The notes under the pieces are model-generated. The model was not told the DNA's origin. It did not search any database and worked only from the letters and a program-made list of their open reading frames with translations. A stretch of DNA of 46,450 nt, from the IMG/VR virus record IMGVR_UViG_3300028831_000022, positions 1 to 46,450 of that record; one strand, given 5' to 3'. The position numbers were made by a program, and so were the translations under genes. This document shows, in pieces, positions 24,241 to 31,260 of this stretch (within the stretch, counting starts at the first letter, position 1; every line of letters begins with the position of its first letter). Source of the DNA: a virus.

Positions 24241-25287
24241 ATGTCGCCAAGGAGAAGGCTCAGTCCTGAAGAGCTAGCAGAGCGTAGGTCTATCGCAGCC
24301 AAGAAGACGAACGCAACCCGTCAGCGGCAGAGGGAAGAGAAGGCACTTGAGAGAGCAGATGTTCTCAGGGACCTTCGCTCACAGTCCGAGATAACCTGGG
24401 TCCCAGTCAGCATGTGCTTCCGTGACATGATCTACCAGCGTCCCACCAACGAAGCTCGTGTCCGTAAGATGCGGGACGAGTTCGATCCCGATCTGTTGGG
24501 TGTAGTTACCCTGTCTGATCGTGGTCCTCAGCCTGACAACCTTCAGTATGCCATACTGGATGGTGGTCACCGTGTGGATCTGTACCATCTGATGGACTGG
24601 ACGGACCAGCGAATTCTGTCACAGGTCTACAAGGATCTGACCATCCAGCAGGAAGCCCACATCTACTCTGTCATGAACAGTGAGAGAGTACGTCCCACTA
24701 CTCTTAACCTCTTCCTTGCCAGGGTAGCCAGCAAGGACCCGGCTGCCTGTCTCCTAAAGGAAGCAGTCGAGGCAGGTGGCGCAGTCTTGTCTACAGACTA
24801 CCGGCCGGGCTCTCGCTACTTCCGAGCGATAGCCGAGGCCGAGCGAGTCTTCAAGGTCGCTGGACCTGAGGTAGTGCGGCAGGCAGTCTGGTGTATGACT
24901 GAAGCATGGGCTGATCGTGGTGAGCAGGACACCTACCCTGGCTCCGTCTTCAGCGGTATTGCCTACATCCTGCACAACTTCAAGGGTAGGGTGGACGTTC
25001 TCGGATTGGCAGAGAAGCTGAAGGACGTGACACCTCACCTCATCATGAACCAGGCTAAGGCCATGCGTGATGTGGTGAAGATGCCTCCTGTTGTATGCAC
25101 TGCCTCCGTCATAGCGCAGGTCTACAACAAGTTCCTTCGTAGCCGTCGCCTACCTGATGTGCCCACCAAGGGCTGGGGTAAGTCCATCCACCAGACCGTA
25201 CTGGAACTCCGTCAGTCCATCGACGTGCCCTATGTCATGGTCGAGGGTAAGATCCCTACTCCGGGCGAAGTAGAGAAAGGTGTTTGA
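24241..25287 (+). CDS. ParB N-terminal-domain (ParB/Srx, DGQHR-like) protein
   Basis: YQRP...VRKMRDEFDPDLLG...YAILDGGHR. GGGGAGG lies upstream of the ATG. Confidence 0.6.
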   Translation: MSPRRRLSPEELAERRSIAAKKTNATRQRQREEKALERADVLRDLRSQSEITWVPVSMCFRDMIYQRPTNEARVRKMRDEFDPDLLGVVTLSDRGPQPDNLQYAILDGGHRVDLYHLMDWTDQRILSQVYKDLTIQQEAHIYSVMNSERVRPTTLNLFLARVASKDPAACLLKEAVEAGGAVLSTDYRPGSRYFRAIAEAERVFKVAGPEVVRQAVWCMTEAWADRGEQDTYPGSVFSGIAYILHNFKGRVDVLGLAEKLKDVTPHLIMNQAKAMRDVVKMPPVVCTASVIAQVYNKFLRSRRLPDVPTKGWGKSIHQTVLELRQSIDVPYVMVEGKIPTPGEVEKGV

Positions 25288-25509
25288 ATGGGTGTCCGTA
25301 TTCTCTCCGTTGATGGCAACGGAGATACGTGTCTCTATGACTCCGTGACTGGCTGGGCCTTTGGTCCGGTGGCAAGCGAGGATGAGCTTGACAACTTCCT
25401 TGTCTGGTGTGAAGAGAAGCAAGTCCCTGATCTTCGTCGACTTCCTTCTGGTAAGCTGGAGGACCTATGGGCAGAGTATGTGAGTGGTGCCAGCGCAGAC
25501 AAGAGCTAG
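25288..25509 (+). CDS. 73-aa hypothetical protein
   Basis: Its ATG abuts the upstream TGA (TGAATG). Confidence 0.6.
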   Translation: MGVRILSVDGNGDTCLYDSVTGWAFGPVASEDELDNFLVWCEEKQVPDLRRLPSGKLEDLWAEYVSGASADKS

Positions 25510-25892
25510 GCTGGTACGGCGATGCCAAGGTCCATCATTGCCGGGACTGCCATCGGACATGGACCGGTACATCTCAGGTCCATTGTGTCCGATGTCACCA
25601 TCACTTCAGTTCTTACTCTGCCTGTGACCGTCACCTAGTAGACGAGCTATGCCAGCCTCCCCAGGAGGTACGTGACAAGAGCGGGATACCCTGTCTCGGT
25701 CTACGCAAGGACAAGTACGGCTACACATGGTCGTTTGCCGGGGACGGCACGCCCTGGTGGCTGGCCTTGCACGTTGACCCGGACGGACTGGAGGCTCAGT
25801 CTCTGGGCGGGGTATCAGAACCCCGGCCTCCCTTCTCCGAGTCCTTAGATCCGTCAGAATGTGACGAGCAATCAGGACTGATGCAGACTTGA
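25467..25892 (+). CDS. Cys/His-rich zinc-binding protein (CEWC, HCRDCH, HCVRCH...CDRH); resembles the FDXHR-type family
   Basis: The spacing of Cys/His pairs in a 141-aa ORF. Confidence 0.55.
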   Translation: MGRVCEWCQRRQELGWYGDAKVHHCRDCHRTWTGTSQVHCVRCHHHFSSYSACDRHLVDELCQPPQEVRDKSGIPCLGLRKDKYGYTWSFAGDGTPWWLALHVDPDGLEAQSLGGVSEPRPPFSESLDPSECDEQSGLMQT

Positions 25893-25897
25893 TTGTC

Positions 25898-26158
25898 ATG
25901 GATGTCTACAGGGGACCTATCGAATGGACCTGGGCTGAAGCTGCCACGGCAGTTGTTGCCCCTACATCTGGACTGGTCACCACGATTGCCATAGTCGGAG
26001 CCATTGTCCTGGTCATAGCAGTCGCCTTGATAGCAGTCTGGTTCATGGCTGATGAGGTGGACATTACCCAGCGACCGGCTACTGTTCGGGTCATCATGGG
26101 CAATGGCGATGCAGCCAACGAGCAGAGCCAGGAAGATGATGGCCCCAGCGATGGCTAG
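25898..26158 (+). CDS. 86-aa single-TM protein; last gene of the plus-strand arm
   Basis: MDVYRGPIEW...LVTTIAIVGAIVLVIAVALIAVWFM...acidic tail. An alternative TTG at 25889 overlaps the upstream TGA. It competes with the antisense ORF 25796..26188. Confidence 0.5.
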   Translation: MDVYRGPIEWTWAEAATAVVAPTSGLVTTIAIVGAIVLVIAVALIAVWFMADEVDITQRPATVRVIMGNGDAANEQSQEDDGPSDG

Positions 26159-26184
26159 TCCCTGGATGATACCTCCCCGTTCGT

Positions 26185-26385
26185 TCAAGTAGCCTCACCT
26201 CGCAGCATGGCCTGAAGCTTCTCCACCTTCTGCTTGATGTTGTCGAGCGCAGTGCCCACCTCACCGAGAGCCTGACCGCCCCACTCCACACCCTGGCCTG
26301 CAAGCTGGAGAGCTTCGGCTAATGCAGCGTCTGCCGTCTTGACTGGAGTGAGCATGTCAGCCAGCAGGTTATTGACAATATCCAT
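26185..26385 (-). CDS. 66-aa helical protein; last gene of the late arm
   Basis: ORF track; starts 3 nt after the upstream stop. Confidence 0.55.
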   Translation of the reverse strand: MDIVNNLLADMLTPVKTADAALAEALQLAGQGVEWGGQALGEVGTALDNIKQKVEKLQAMLRGEAT

Positions 26386-26387
26386 CG

Positions 26388-26723
26388 TTAGTACCTCCGG
26401 GTCAATCGGTGGACTACACCACCAACACTGTTGAGAACGCTGTCTACCACCGCACCTACGACATTGCGGCCCTCTTCAGATACCTCACCAGTGGGACCGA
26501 CCGTCTTCGTGGTCAGGCTCTTGGCTGTCATCTCCGCTGCATCCTCAACCGCCCTGGCTACTGTCTCAGGACTAGAGACAGCCTGACGAGTGAGTAGTCC
26601 CAGCACCAACGCAGCGGCAGCACAGGCTACCCGTACCCACACATCCTCTATTGCGAGAGCAGCACCCAGCGCAGCGAGCAGAGTGTAGAGCAGTTGAGGT
26701 TCCTTGGCCAGCACCTTCAGCAT
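26388..26723 (-). CDS. 111-aa two-TM membrane protein (holin-like candidate)
   Basis: LLYTLLAALGAALAI and VACAAAALVLGLL segments. TAATG coupling to the upstream gene. Confidence 0.6.
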   Translation of the reverse strand: MLKVLAKEPQLLYTLLAALGAALAIEDVWVRVACAAAALVLGLLTRQAVSSPETVARAVEDAAEMTAKSLTTKTVGPTGEVSEEGRNVVGAVVDSVLNSVGGVVHRLTRRY

Positions 26724-27208
26724 TACTTGGTCCCTCCCTCGGCTGGAGTCAGGAACTTATTACATGCATCCTTCAACTGACTAGGGATCGGAATAGGTTG
26801 CTCGCCGGTCGGTGCAATATAGGTGTAGCCATGTTGCTTAGCCTCTAGCCGGTGAGCTAGTTCATTTGCATCTCTATGTTGGATGAGCTGAAGGGCAATG
26901 CATTGTGCGGTGTCTTCAATAGCTTCCTGCACCTGACCTAACCTGTCTATAATATCAGACCGGAAGGAGAGTGAGGACTTCCTATTCTCTTCGTAACATC
27001 TCCCTTTAGGAGTGGTGCAATCAGAGATGACCTGACCAAACTGTCTGGTACGAGCAGAGTTCCAGCCTGAGAAGGCCATACTCAGGGTAGCTGTCAGGCA
27101 AGTAAGCAGGATGAGTAGGAACTCGAACCTCCGCAGTTGCTGGAGTGAGGACACTGCCTCTCTGGCAGCCTTGACTTCCTCGGCTGCACCGTTACTGAAG
27201 GGTTCCAC
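26723..27208 (-). CDS. 161-aa single-TM protein in the lysis cassette
   Basis: TM segment FEFLLILLTCLTATLSMAF; four Cys in the ectodomain. Confidence 0.6.
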   Translation of the reverse strand: MEPFSNGAAEEVKAAREAVSSLQQLRRFEFLLILLTCLTATLSMAFSGWNSARTRQFGQVISDCTTPKGRCYEENRKSSLSFRSDIIDRLGQVQEAIEDTAQCIALQLIQHRDANELAHRLEAKQHGYTYIAPTGEQPIPIPSQLKDACNKFLTPAEGGTK

Positions 27209-27605
27209 CCTTGCCCCTTATCGTGGAGATGAGATCCTTGAGTAGGGCGATCTGCGTATCAGCCATCTCGATCTGCTTGTTGTGCTCATCCCTACGAGCA
27301 CCCTCTTCTCTGGCAACTACCTCGGCCAGGTGCTCTACTGCTGCTCGCTGAGTCAGGTCAGAGCGGTAGGTGTCAGCCTTCTGTTCAGAAGCGATACGTA
27401 GCTGACGTTCCTTCTGTAGCTCAGCTTCAAGCTGTACCTGTAGTTCCTTCTGGTTGTCAATGATCCGCTTGTCCAACTCTCTCAGCTTCTGCTCAGAGGC
27501 TGAACGGAATACGGTATAAGCAATACCCAGAGTACCGGCTAATCCGAAGACAACCGAGAGTGCAAAGAGTATTGTGTCTGCACCCTGGAGTACCGCCAGT
27601 ATCAT
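27192..27605 (-). CDS. 137-aa protein with an N-terminal TM plus coiled coil (lysis accessory or spanin-like)
   Basis: TM ILFALSVVFGLAGTLGIAYTVF followed by a charged heptad-like region. Confidence 0.6.
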   Translation of the reverse strand: MILAVLQGADTILFALSVVFGLAGTLGIAYTVFRSASEQKLRELDKRIIDNQKELQVQLEAELQKERQLRIASEQKADTYRSDLTQRAAVEHLAEVVAREEGARRDEHNKQIEMADTQIALLKDLISTIRGKGGTLQ

Positions 27606-27754
27606 GGAATGAACGATGCGGCAAAGGAAGCCAGGCCCAGCATCTCGAACCTAAGCTGCTCTGCTGGAGCCATGTCCTTGGCAAAGAGGGCGACACCAAG
27701 GAAGCAGATGATAGCGAGAATAAGGAAGATGATGCGGACTATTCTATTGTCCAT
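27602..27754 (-). CDS. 50-aa hydrophobic holin-like peptide (MDNRIVRIIFLILAIICFLGVALFAKDMAPAEQLRFEMLGLASFAASFIP)
   Basis: Hand-translated and not in the ORF track. It sits directly downstream of the endolysin, and its stop overlaps the next ATG (ATGA). Confidence 0.55.
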   Translation of the reverse strand: MDNRIVRIIFLILAIICFLGVALFAKDMAPAEQLRFEMLGLASFAASFIP

Positions 27755-27762
27755 AGCTCCTA

Positions 27763-28623
27763 CTAAGGTAGCCCGTATAGTTCACCAGATGTAGCTTGGA
27801 TCAGGTACTTGTAGTTAGTCCAGCCAGTGGGATTAGGCCATATCTTGGTGGCCTCTTCAGGCCAGAGCAACTTGGCCGCAGTCCTGTTCCTGAAGAAGTC
27901 CTGCCCGTTGGCCCCGCCGTAGTACACAGCACCCTCGAAAGCAAAGATAGCTCCGTCGTCCTGTAGAATATAGAACCCGTTGGTGTACTTGTCCCTACGT
28001 GCATCCACCATACGGACGGTAAGCGGCGGGTCAATCATAGGGCGCACTCCCACTTCCAGCTTGAGAAGGTAATCAATGTCGATGTCACCTGGGTCCCAGT
28101 GACTGTTGACTGGAACATGCTGGTGACCACACCATCCATTGAACTTCTTCCAGTCAGTGACATTCAGTCTGATAGGGCTAGTGTCTCTGGCGAGGACGAT
28201 GCCTTCCTTATCTGACTTAAAGTCTAGGGCGGTTCGGGTGATTCCGGTGTTAGCTTCAATCCAACGCATGAGCCTGCCAATGCCGTCAAGGTATTCATGC
28301 TGGAGAGTTCCCGCTGAAGCTGCCCTAGCAACAATTTCAATCTGAATGCATCGGGCTCGATTAGTCTCGACTGTTCCGGCTGGGTGAGCAAGTGCTCTAG
28401 CTGCCTTATTAAGAGGGATATGTTGCCAAACTTTGAAAGTTCCTCCTTCAAAGCTGACAGTGAAGTGGGGAGCCACGTTAGCTCTTGCATAGACGGACCT
28501 TGCCCCGGCATAGCTATCACCCTCAGTTGTGTGAAGGACGCCTCTCCAAGCGAAGCCGTCGATGAATCCACCAGCATCCTTGAATTCATCCTTGGTAGCT
28601 AGAGGATACCACATCTCGCTCAT
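27763..28623 (-). CDS. Endolysin: N-acetylmuramoyl-L-alanine amidase (Amidase_2/PGRP type) with a C-terminal wall-binding region
   Basis: VLHTTEG, HFTV, NRARCIQIEIV, GHQHVPVNSHWDPG. The ATG at 28623 has GAGGAAG 9 nt upstream. The track's GTG at 28713 would add a Lys-rich extension that overlaps the upstream gene. Confidence 0.85.
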   Translation of the reverse strand: MSEMWYPLATKDEFKDAGGFIDGFAWRGVLHTTEGDSYAGARSVYARANVAPHFTVSFEGGTFKVWQHIPLNKAARALAHPAGTVETNRARCIQIEIVARAASAGTLQHEYLDGIGRLMRWIEANTGITRTALDFKSDKEGIVLARDTSPIRLNVTDWKKFNGWCGHQHVPVNSHWDPGDIDIDYLLKLEVGVRPMIDPPLTVRMVDARRDKYTNGFYILQDDGAIFAFEGAVYYGGANGQDFFRNRTAAKLLWPEEATKIWPNPTGWTNYKYLIQATSGELYGLP

Positions 28624-28657
28624 GTATGGGTACTTCCTCTTGTAGTAGTTCTTCTTC

Positions 28658-28894
28658 TTATTCAGGCTTTGGCTTTGCTTGCGGTTTCTTACTGGATTCG
28701 TACTTGCCTGCACCAGCTAGCTCCACAATGAGAAGGGCCACACTGTAGTCAAGGGCAGACTGTAAGCCTGGCCCAGGTGGTGCCTTGCTATGGGGACAGG
28801 TGAGAGAGCCGTCATTGTGGTACTTAAGTCGTTCAATCTCATGGCAGTACAGCGGATGATGAGGACCAGAGTGCTCAGACTGCTGAGCAGACAC
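28658..28894 (-). CDS. 78-aa Cys/His-containing protein with a weakly hydrophobic segment and a Lys/Pro tail
   Basis: GTG start. Its codon usage (T/C-ending codons) matches the rest of the genome far better than the overlapping ORF 28717..28929. Confidence 0.5.
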   Translation of the reverse strand: MSAQQSEHSGPHHPLYCHEIERLKYHNDGSLTCPHSKAPPGPGLQSALDYSVALLIVELAGAGKYESSKKPQAKPKPE

Positions 28895-28932
28895 ATTATC
28901 TGCAATGGCCCGAGCCGTGGATATCCCATTGG

Positions 28933-29103
28933 TTACTGACCGCCCCGTTGCCTGAACTTGACCAGAACTTCCTGGTCTTCCAGTAGCCGATCGACCTCGT
29001 CTAGGAATGAGTTCACCTCATCTAAGACAGAAGACTCCTCAGTTTCCCGGGAGTCCTCATGAGTCTCTTCCTTGGTGGTAGTACGAGTCGAGGTCCTTTG
29101 CAT
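28933..29103 (-). CDS. pup: Prokaryotic ubiquitin-like protein (Pup) homologue, 56 aa
   Basis: Hand-translated: MQRTSTRTTTKEETHEDSRETEESSVLDEVNSFLDEVDRLLEDQEVLVKFRQRGGQ*. The C-terminal LDEVDRLLEDQEVLVKFRQRGGQ parallels M. tuberculosis Pup LDEIDDVLEENAEDFVRAYVQKGGQ. The N-terminal half looks disordered and acidic. GGGGA lies 5 nt upstream of the ATG. Confidence 0.75.
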   Translation of the reverse strand: MQRTSTRTTTKEETHEDSRETEESSVLDEVNSFLDEVDRLLEDQEVLVKFRQRGGQ

Positions 29104-29126
29104 GTATTCCCCAGTCTGTTGGCTGA

Positions 29127-29279
29127 CTAGGCTATCCAGTCAGGAATCTTTGGATTCTTCATCCCCTTCGACTTCCATACCTTGAATCCATACTTGGCAG
29201 ATGACCCGGTGTTGGGGTTACCGGGCTTCTTCCGGTCACCCTGGTTCTTCATGCTTGATCCCCGGTTACTCTTTGCCAT
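29127..29279 (-). CDS. 50-aa Lys/Gly/Asn-rich basic peptide
   Basis: Hand-translated: MAKSNRGSSMKNQGDRKKPGNPNTGSSAKYGFKVWKSKGMKNPKIPDWIA. ATGA coupling to the upstream gene. Confidence 0.5.
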   Translation of the reverse strand: MAKSNRGSSMKNQGDRKKPGNPNTGSSAKYGFKVWKSKGMKNPKIPDWIA

Positions 29280-29479
29280 CACTTTCCCTTCTTCAAACTT
29301 GGGTACTTCGAGTATACCTTCCGCCTGACTGTGGCCTTCTCGCTATTTGTCCCATGTTGGGCTACCCGAGCCAGGGCATTCCGGGCATGGCTGATGTCGT
29401 GGATGGGATAACGACGGTTGGGTAGGGCGAAGGAGGATGAGGATAAGGAGTTCCTCTTCCTGGCTGTGAGCTTGGCCAT
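29279..29479 (-). CDS. 66-aa basic protein with an FALP..RRYPIHD..HARNALARV motif (DUF6582-like, tentative)
   Basis: ORF track; GAGGTGG lies 3 nt upstream. The family was recalled from memory. Confidence 0.6.
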   Translation of the reverse strand: MAKLTARKRNSLSSSSFALPNRRYPIHDISHARNALARVAQHGTNSEKATVRRKVYSKYPSLKKGK

Positions 29480-29491
29480 ATACCACCTCTG

Positions 29492-30154
29492 CTAAACACC
29501 AATATCCTCAACCAGGATATATGACACCACGTTTGATGCACCCACCATCTGTAAGGTTCCTGAACCAGAGTCCAATTGCAAGGACAATTTATAGGTATGG
29601 GAGCCAGCACTAGGCGTGAGCACCACTGACCCAGTAAGAGTACGGAACCCTGAGCCAGCAGTCCCCAATGTATCTCGGACAACCTGAAGAACAGTAGCTC
29701 CCTCTTTGATGTTCACTTGTGGCCCGTCACCATTAGCAGTGCTGGAGCAGCCAATGTTGAATGAGATGCGGATACGACGGGATGCAGCCACAGTGACAGT
29801 TACGCTGAGTCCAGTCAGATCTGTCTCTGATGTAATCCCAGTCTGGTTAGTTGTGCGTTGGGCATAACCAAGAGTACCCAGTGTCGTAGCTCCACCGGGT
29901 GGTGTTGCCCATGTAGTATCATAGTCTGTTGCGGAGACTTTCTTAAGGTAGGTATCGGTAGCACCACCAGCCGGGACACCGACACCAGCAGGGCCGGTAG
30001 GTCCGATGGAACCAGCCGGTCCCGTAGGTCCAGCAGGACCGGTGGGGCCAGCCGGTCCCTCAGGTCCCTCAGGGCCAGGAGGACCCTCGGTCACAGGATC
30101 ATTCAGATGAATATGCCTATGACGAAGAGGATCAAGGTAGTCAGTAGTTGGCAT
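29492..30154 (-). CDS. Collagen-like fibre protein (220 aa)
   Basis: A continuous 45-residue G-X-Y run (15 triplets, [40 protein letters not shown]) followed by a beta-rich C-terminal domain. Confidence 0.8.
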   Translation of the reverse strand: MPTTDYLDPLRHRHIHLNDPVTEGPPGPEGPEGPAGPTGPAGPTGPAGSIGPTGPAGVGVPAGGATDTYLKKVSATDYDTTWATPPGGATTLGTLGYAQRTTNQTGITSETDLTGLSVTVTVAASRRIRISFNIGCSSTANGDGPQVNIKEGATVLQVVRDTLGTAGSGFRTLTGSVVLTPSAGSHTYKLSLQLDSGSGTLQMVGASNVVSYILVEDIGV

Positions 30155-31260
30155 CAGGTCTTCACCAAGAAGTTGATGACCCGGTACTGCGGCATGTTGG
30201 CATCGGTACCACTGACACCGGCACCCTGGTTCGTAGCAGTAGCTGCTTGGTTGGTAGCTGTCTGATTCTGGTTAGTTGCCGTACCGTTAACGACAGAGAC
30301 ACCGGTAGCTGCATAGTCAATGTTTGTGTAAGTGATGTAGACACCAGAGCCAGCGTTAGCAATACGCTCGTTCTGCACTGGGCCAGAACGGAAGGCAATA
30401 TTGAAACCGAAGTCACCACCACCAATGCTGTGATGGTGGGTAGGATCACTGATACCGTGGCCGTGAGGATCTTGAGTGTGGCCGTGTCCGTTTTGAGTGT
30501 GGTTGTGAGGGTCCTGAGTGTGACCGTGACTGACCACTACCGCATTGTTGGAACCACCACCGGCACCGAGTGTTGATGCCGTGCCTGAAGCAGCCTTCCC
30601 TACCGGGAACGTGCGCTGGAAGTTCGGCAGGTTGAAGGTGGTGGTCCCATTCCCCGAGCCGTGGGTGGTACCAATAGCGGCGAACAGGTCGGCATAGGTA
30701 GCTCTGCTGACCTCCGACCCGTCACACATCAGCCAGCCGGTGGGAGCCGTGGCCCTAGCTGTCATCTTCAGGTCGCCGGGTTCCCAGCGCTGGTCCTCAG
30801 ACAACAAGGCATAGGTGATGGACTCTTCCACGATGTTCTCAGTGGTGATCGTGGAAGCTTCGATCATGTCTGCTGTGTGCAGAATATCGCTGTGCCTGGA
30901 TGTATTCAGGTACTGGCTGTGGTCATCCCTGGTATCGTCGTTGACATGCTGGCTGGCTTCAGTGGCCGAAGCTGCATCCCAGACATGCTCGACCACAGAC
31001 TGGGCTGCGTGAGCCTGAGCGGTGGTCCCGTCATAGCCTCTGGTCAGACCGGAGAACACATCGCTGGCCCGACTGGCTACGAGGATCTTCTCTTCCAGTT
31101 CCGTGCCAGGGTCGATGACCACTACGAAGGGAGCAGTCGCTCCACTGGGGTAACCTCCACCACCACCGGTAGCTACCGTGAAGTTGGTGGTGGTACCAGA
31201 GGCAAGCGAGCTTGACAGCCTCGTCTGCTTGGCGTTACCGGCATATTCCTTAAGTGCCAT
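30154..31260 (-). CDS. Tail fibre protein with a phage tail-collar domain and an HxH-rich repeat
   Basis: GWLMCDGSEVSRATYADLFAAIGTTHGSGNGTTTFNLPNFQRTFPVG, then HGHTQDPHNHTQNGHGHTQDPHGHGISDPTHHH, ending NMPQYRVINFLVKT. Confidence 0.85.
   Translation of the reverse strand: MALKEYAGNAKQTRLSSSLASGTTTNFTVATGGGGGYPSGATAPFVVVIDPGTELEEKILVASRASDVFSGLTRGYDGTTAQAHAAQSVVEHVWDAASATEASQHVNDDTRDDHSQYLNTSRHSDILHTADMIEASTITTENIVEESITYALLSEDQRWEPGDLKMTARATAPTGWLMCDGSEVSRATYADLFAAIGTTHGSGNGTTTFNLPNFQRTFPVGKAASGTASTLGAGGGSNNAVVVSHGHTQDPHNHTQNGHGHTQDPHGHGISDPTHHHSIGGGDFGFNIAFRSGPVQNERIANAGSGVYITYTNIDYAATGVSVVNGTATNQNQTATNQAATATNQGAGVSGTDANMPQYRVINFLVKT

Noticed and set aside
11151-26188. Lysogeny module (integrase, repressor, attP) or diversity-generating retroelement
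   Set aside because: I recognised no integrase, excisionase, CI-like repressor or reverse transcriptase in any frame. The gp3-like and ParB-like genes alone do not establish temperate or plasmid-like behaviour.
28624-28713. Lys-rich 30-aa N-terminal extension of the endolysin (GTG start at 28713)
   Set aside because: It would overlap the upstream 78-aa gene by 56 nt. The ATG at 28623 has a well-spaced GAGGAAG, and the catalytic domain starts right after it.
28717-28929. 70-aa ATG-initiated minus ORF with a hydrophobic segment (a tempting holin candidate)
   Set aside because: It is full of codons rare in this genome (cgg, ggg, ttg, ata, aga, tta, aca, tca). The overlapping frame 28658..28894 uses genome-typical codons.
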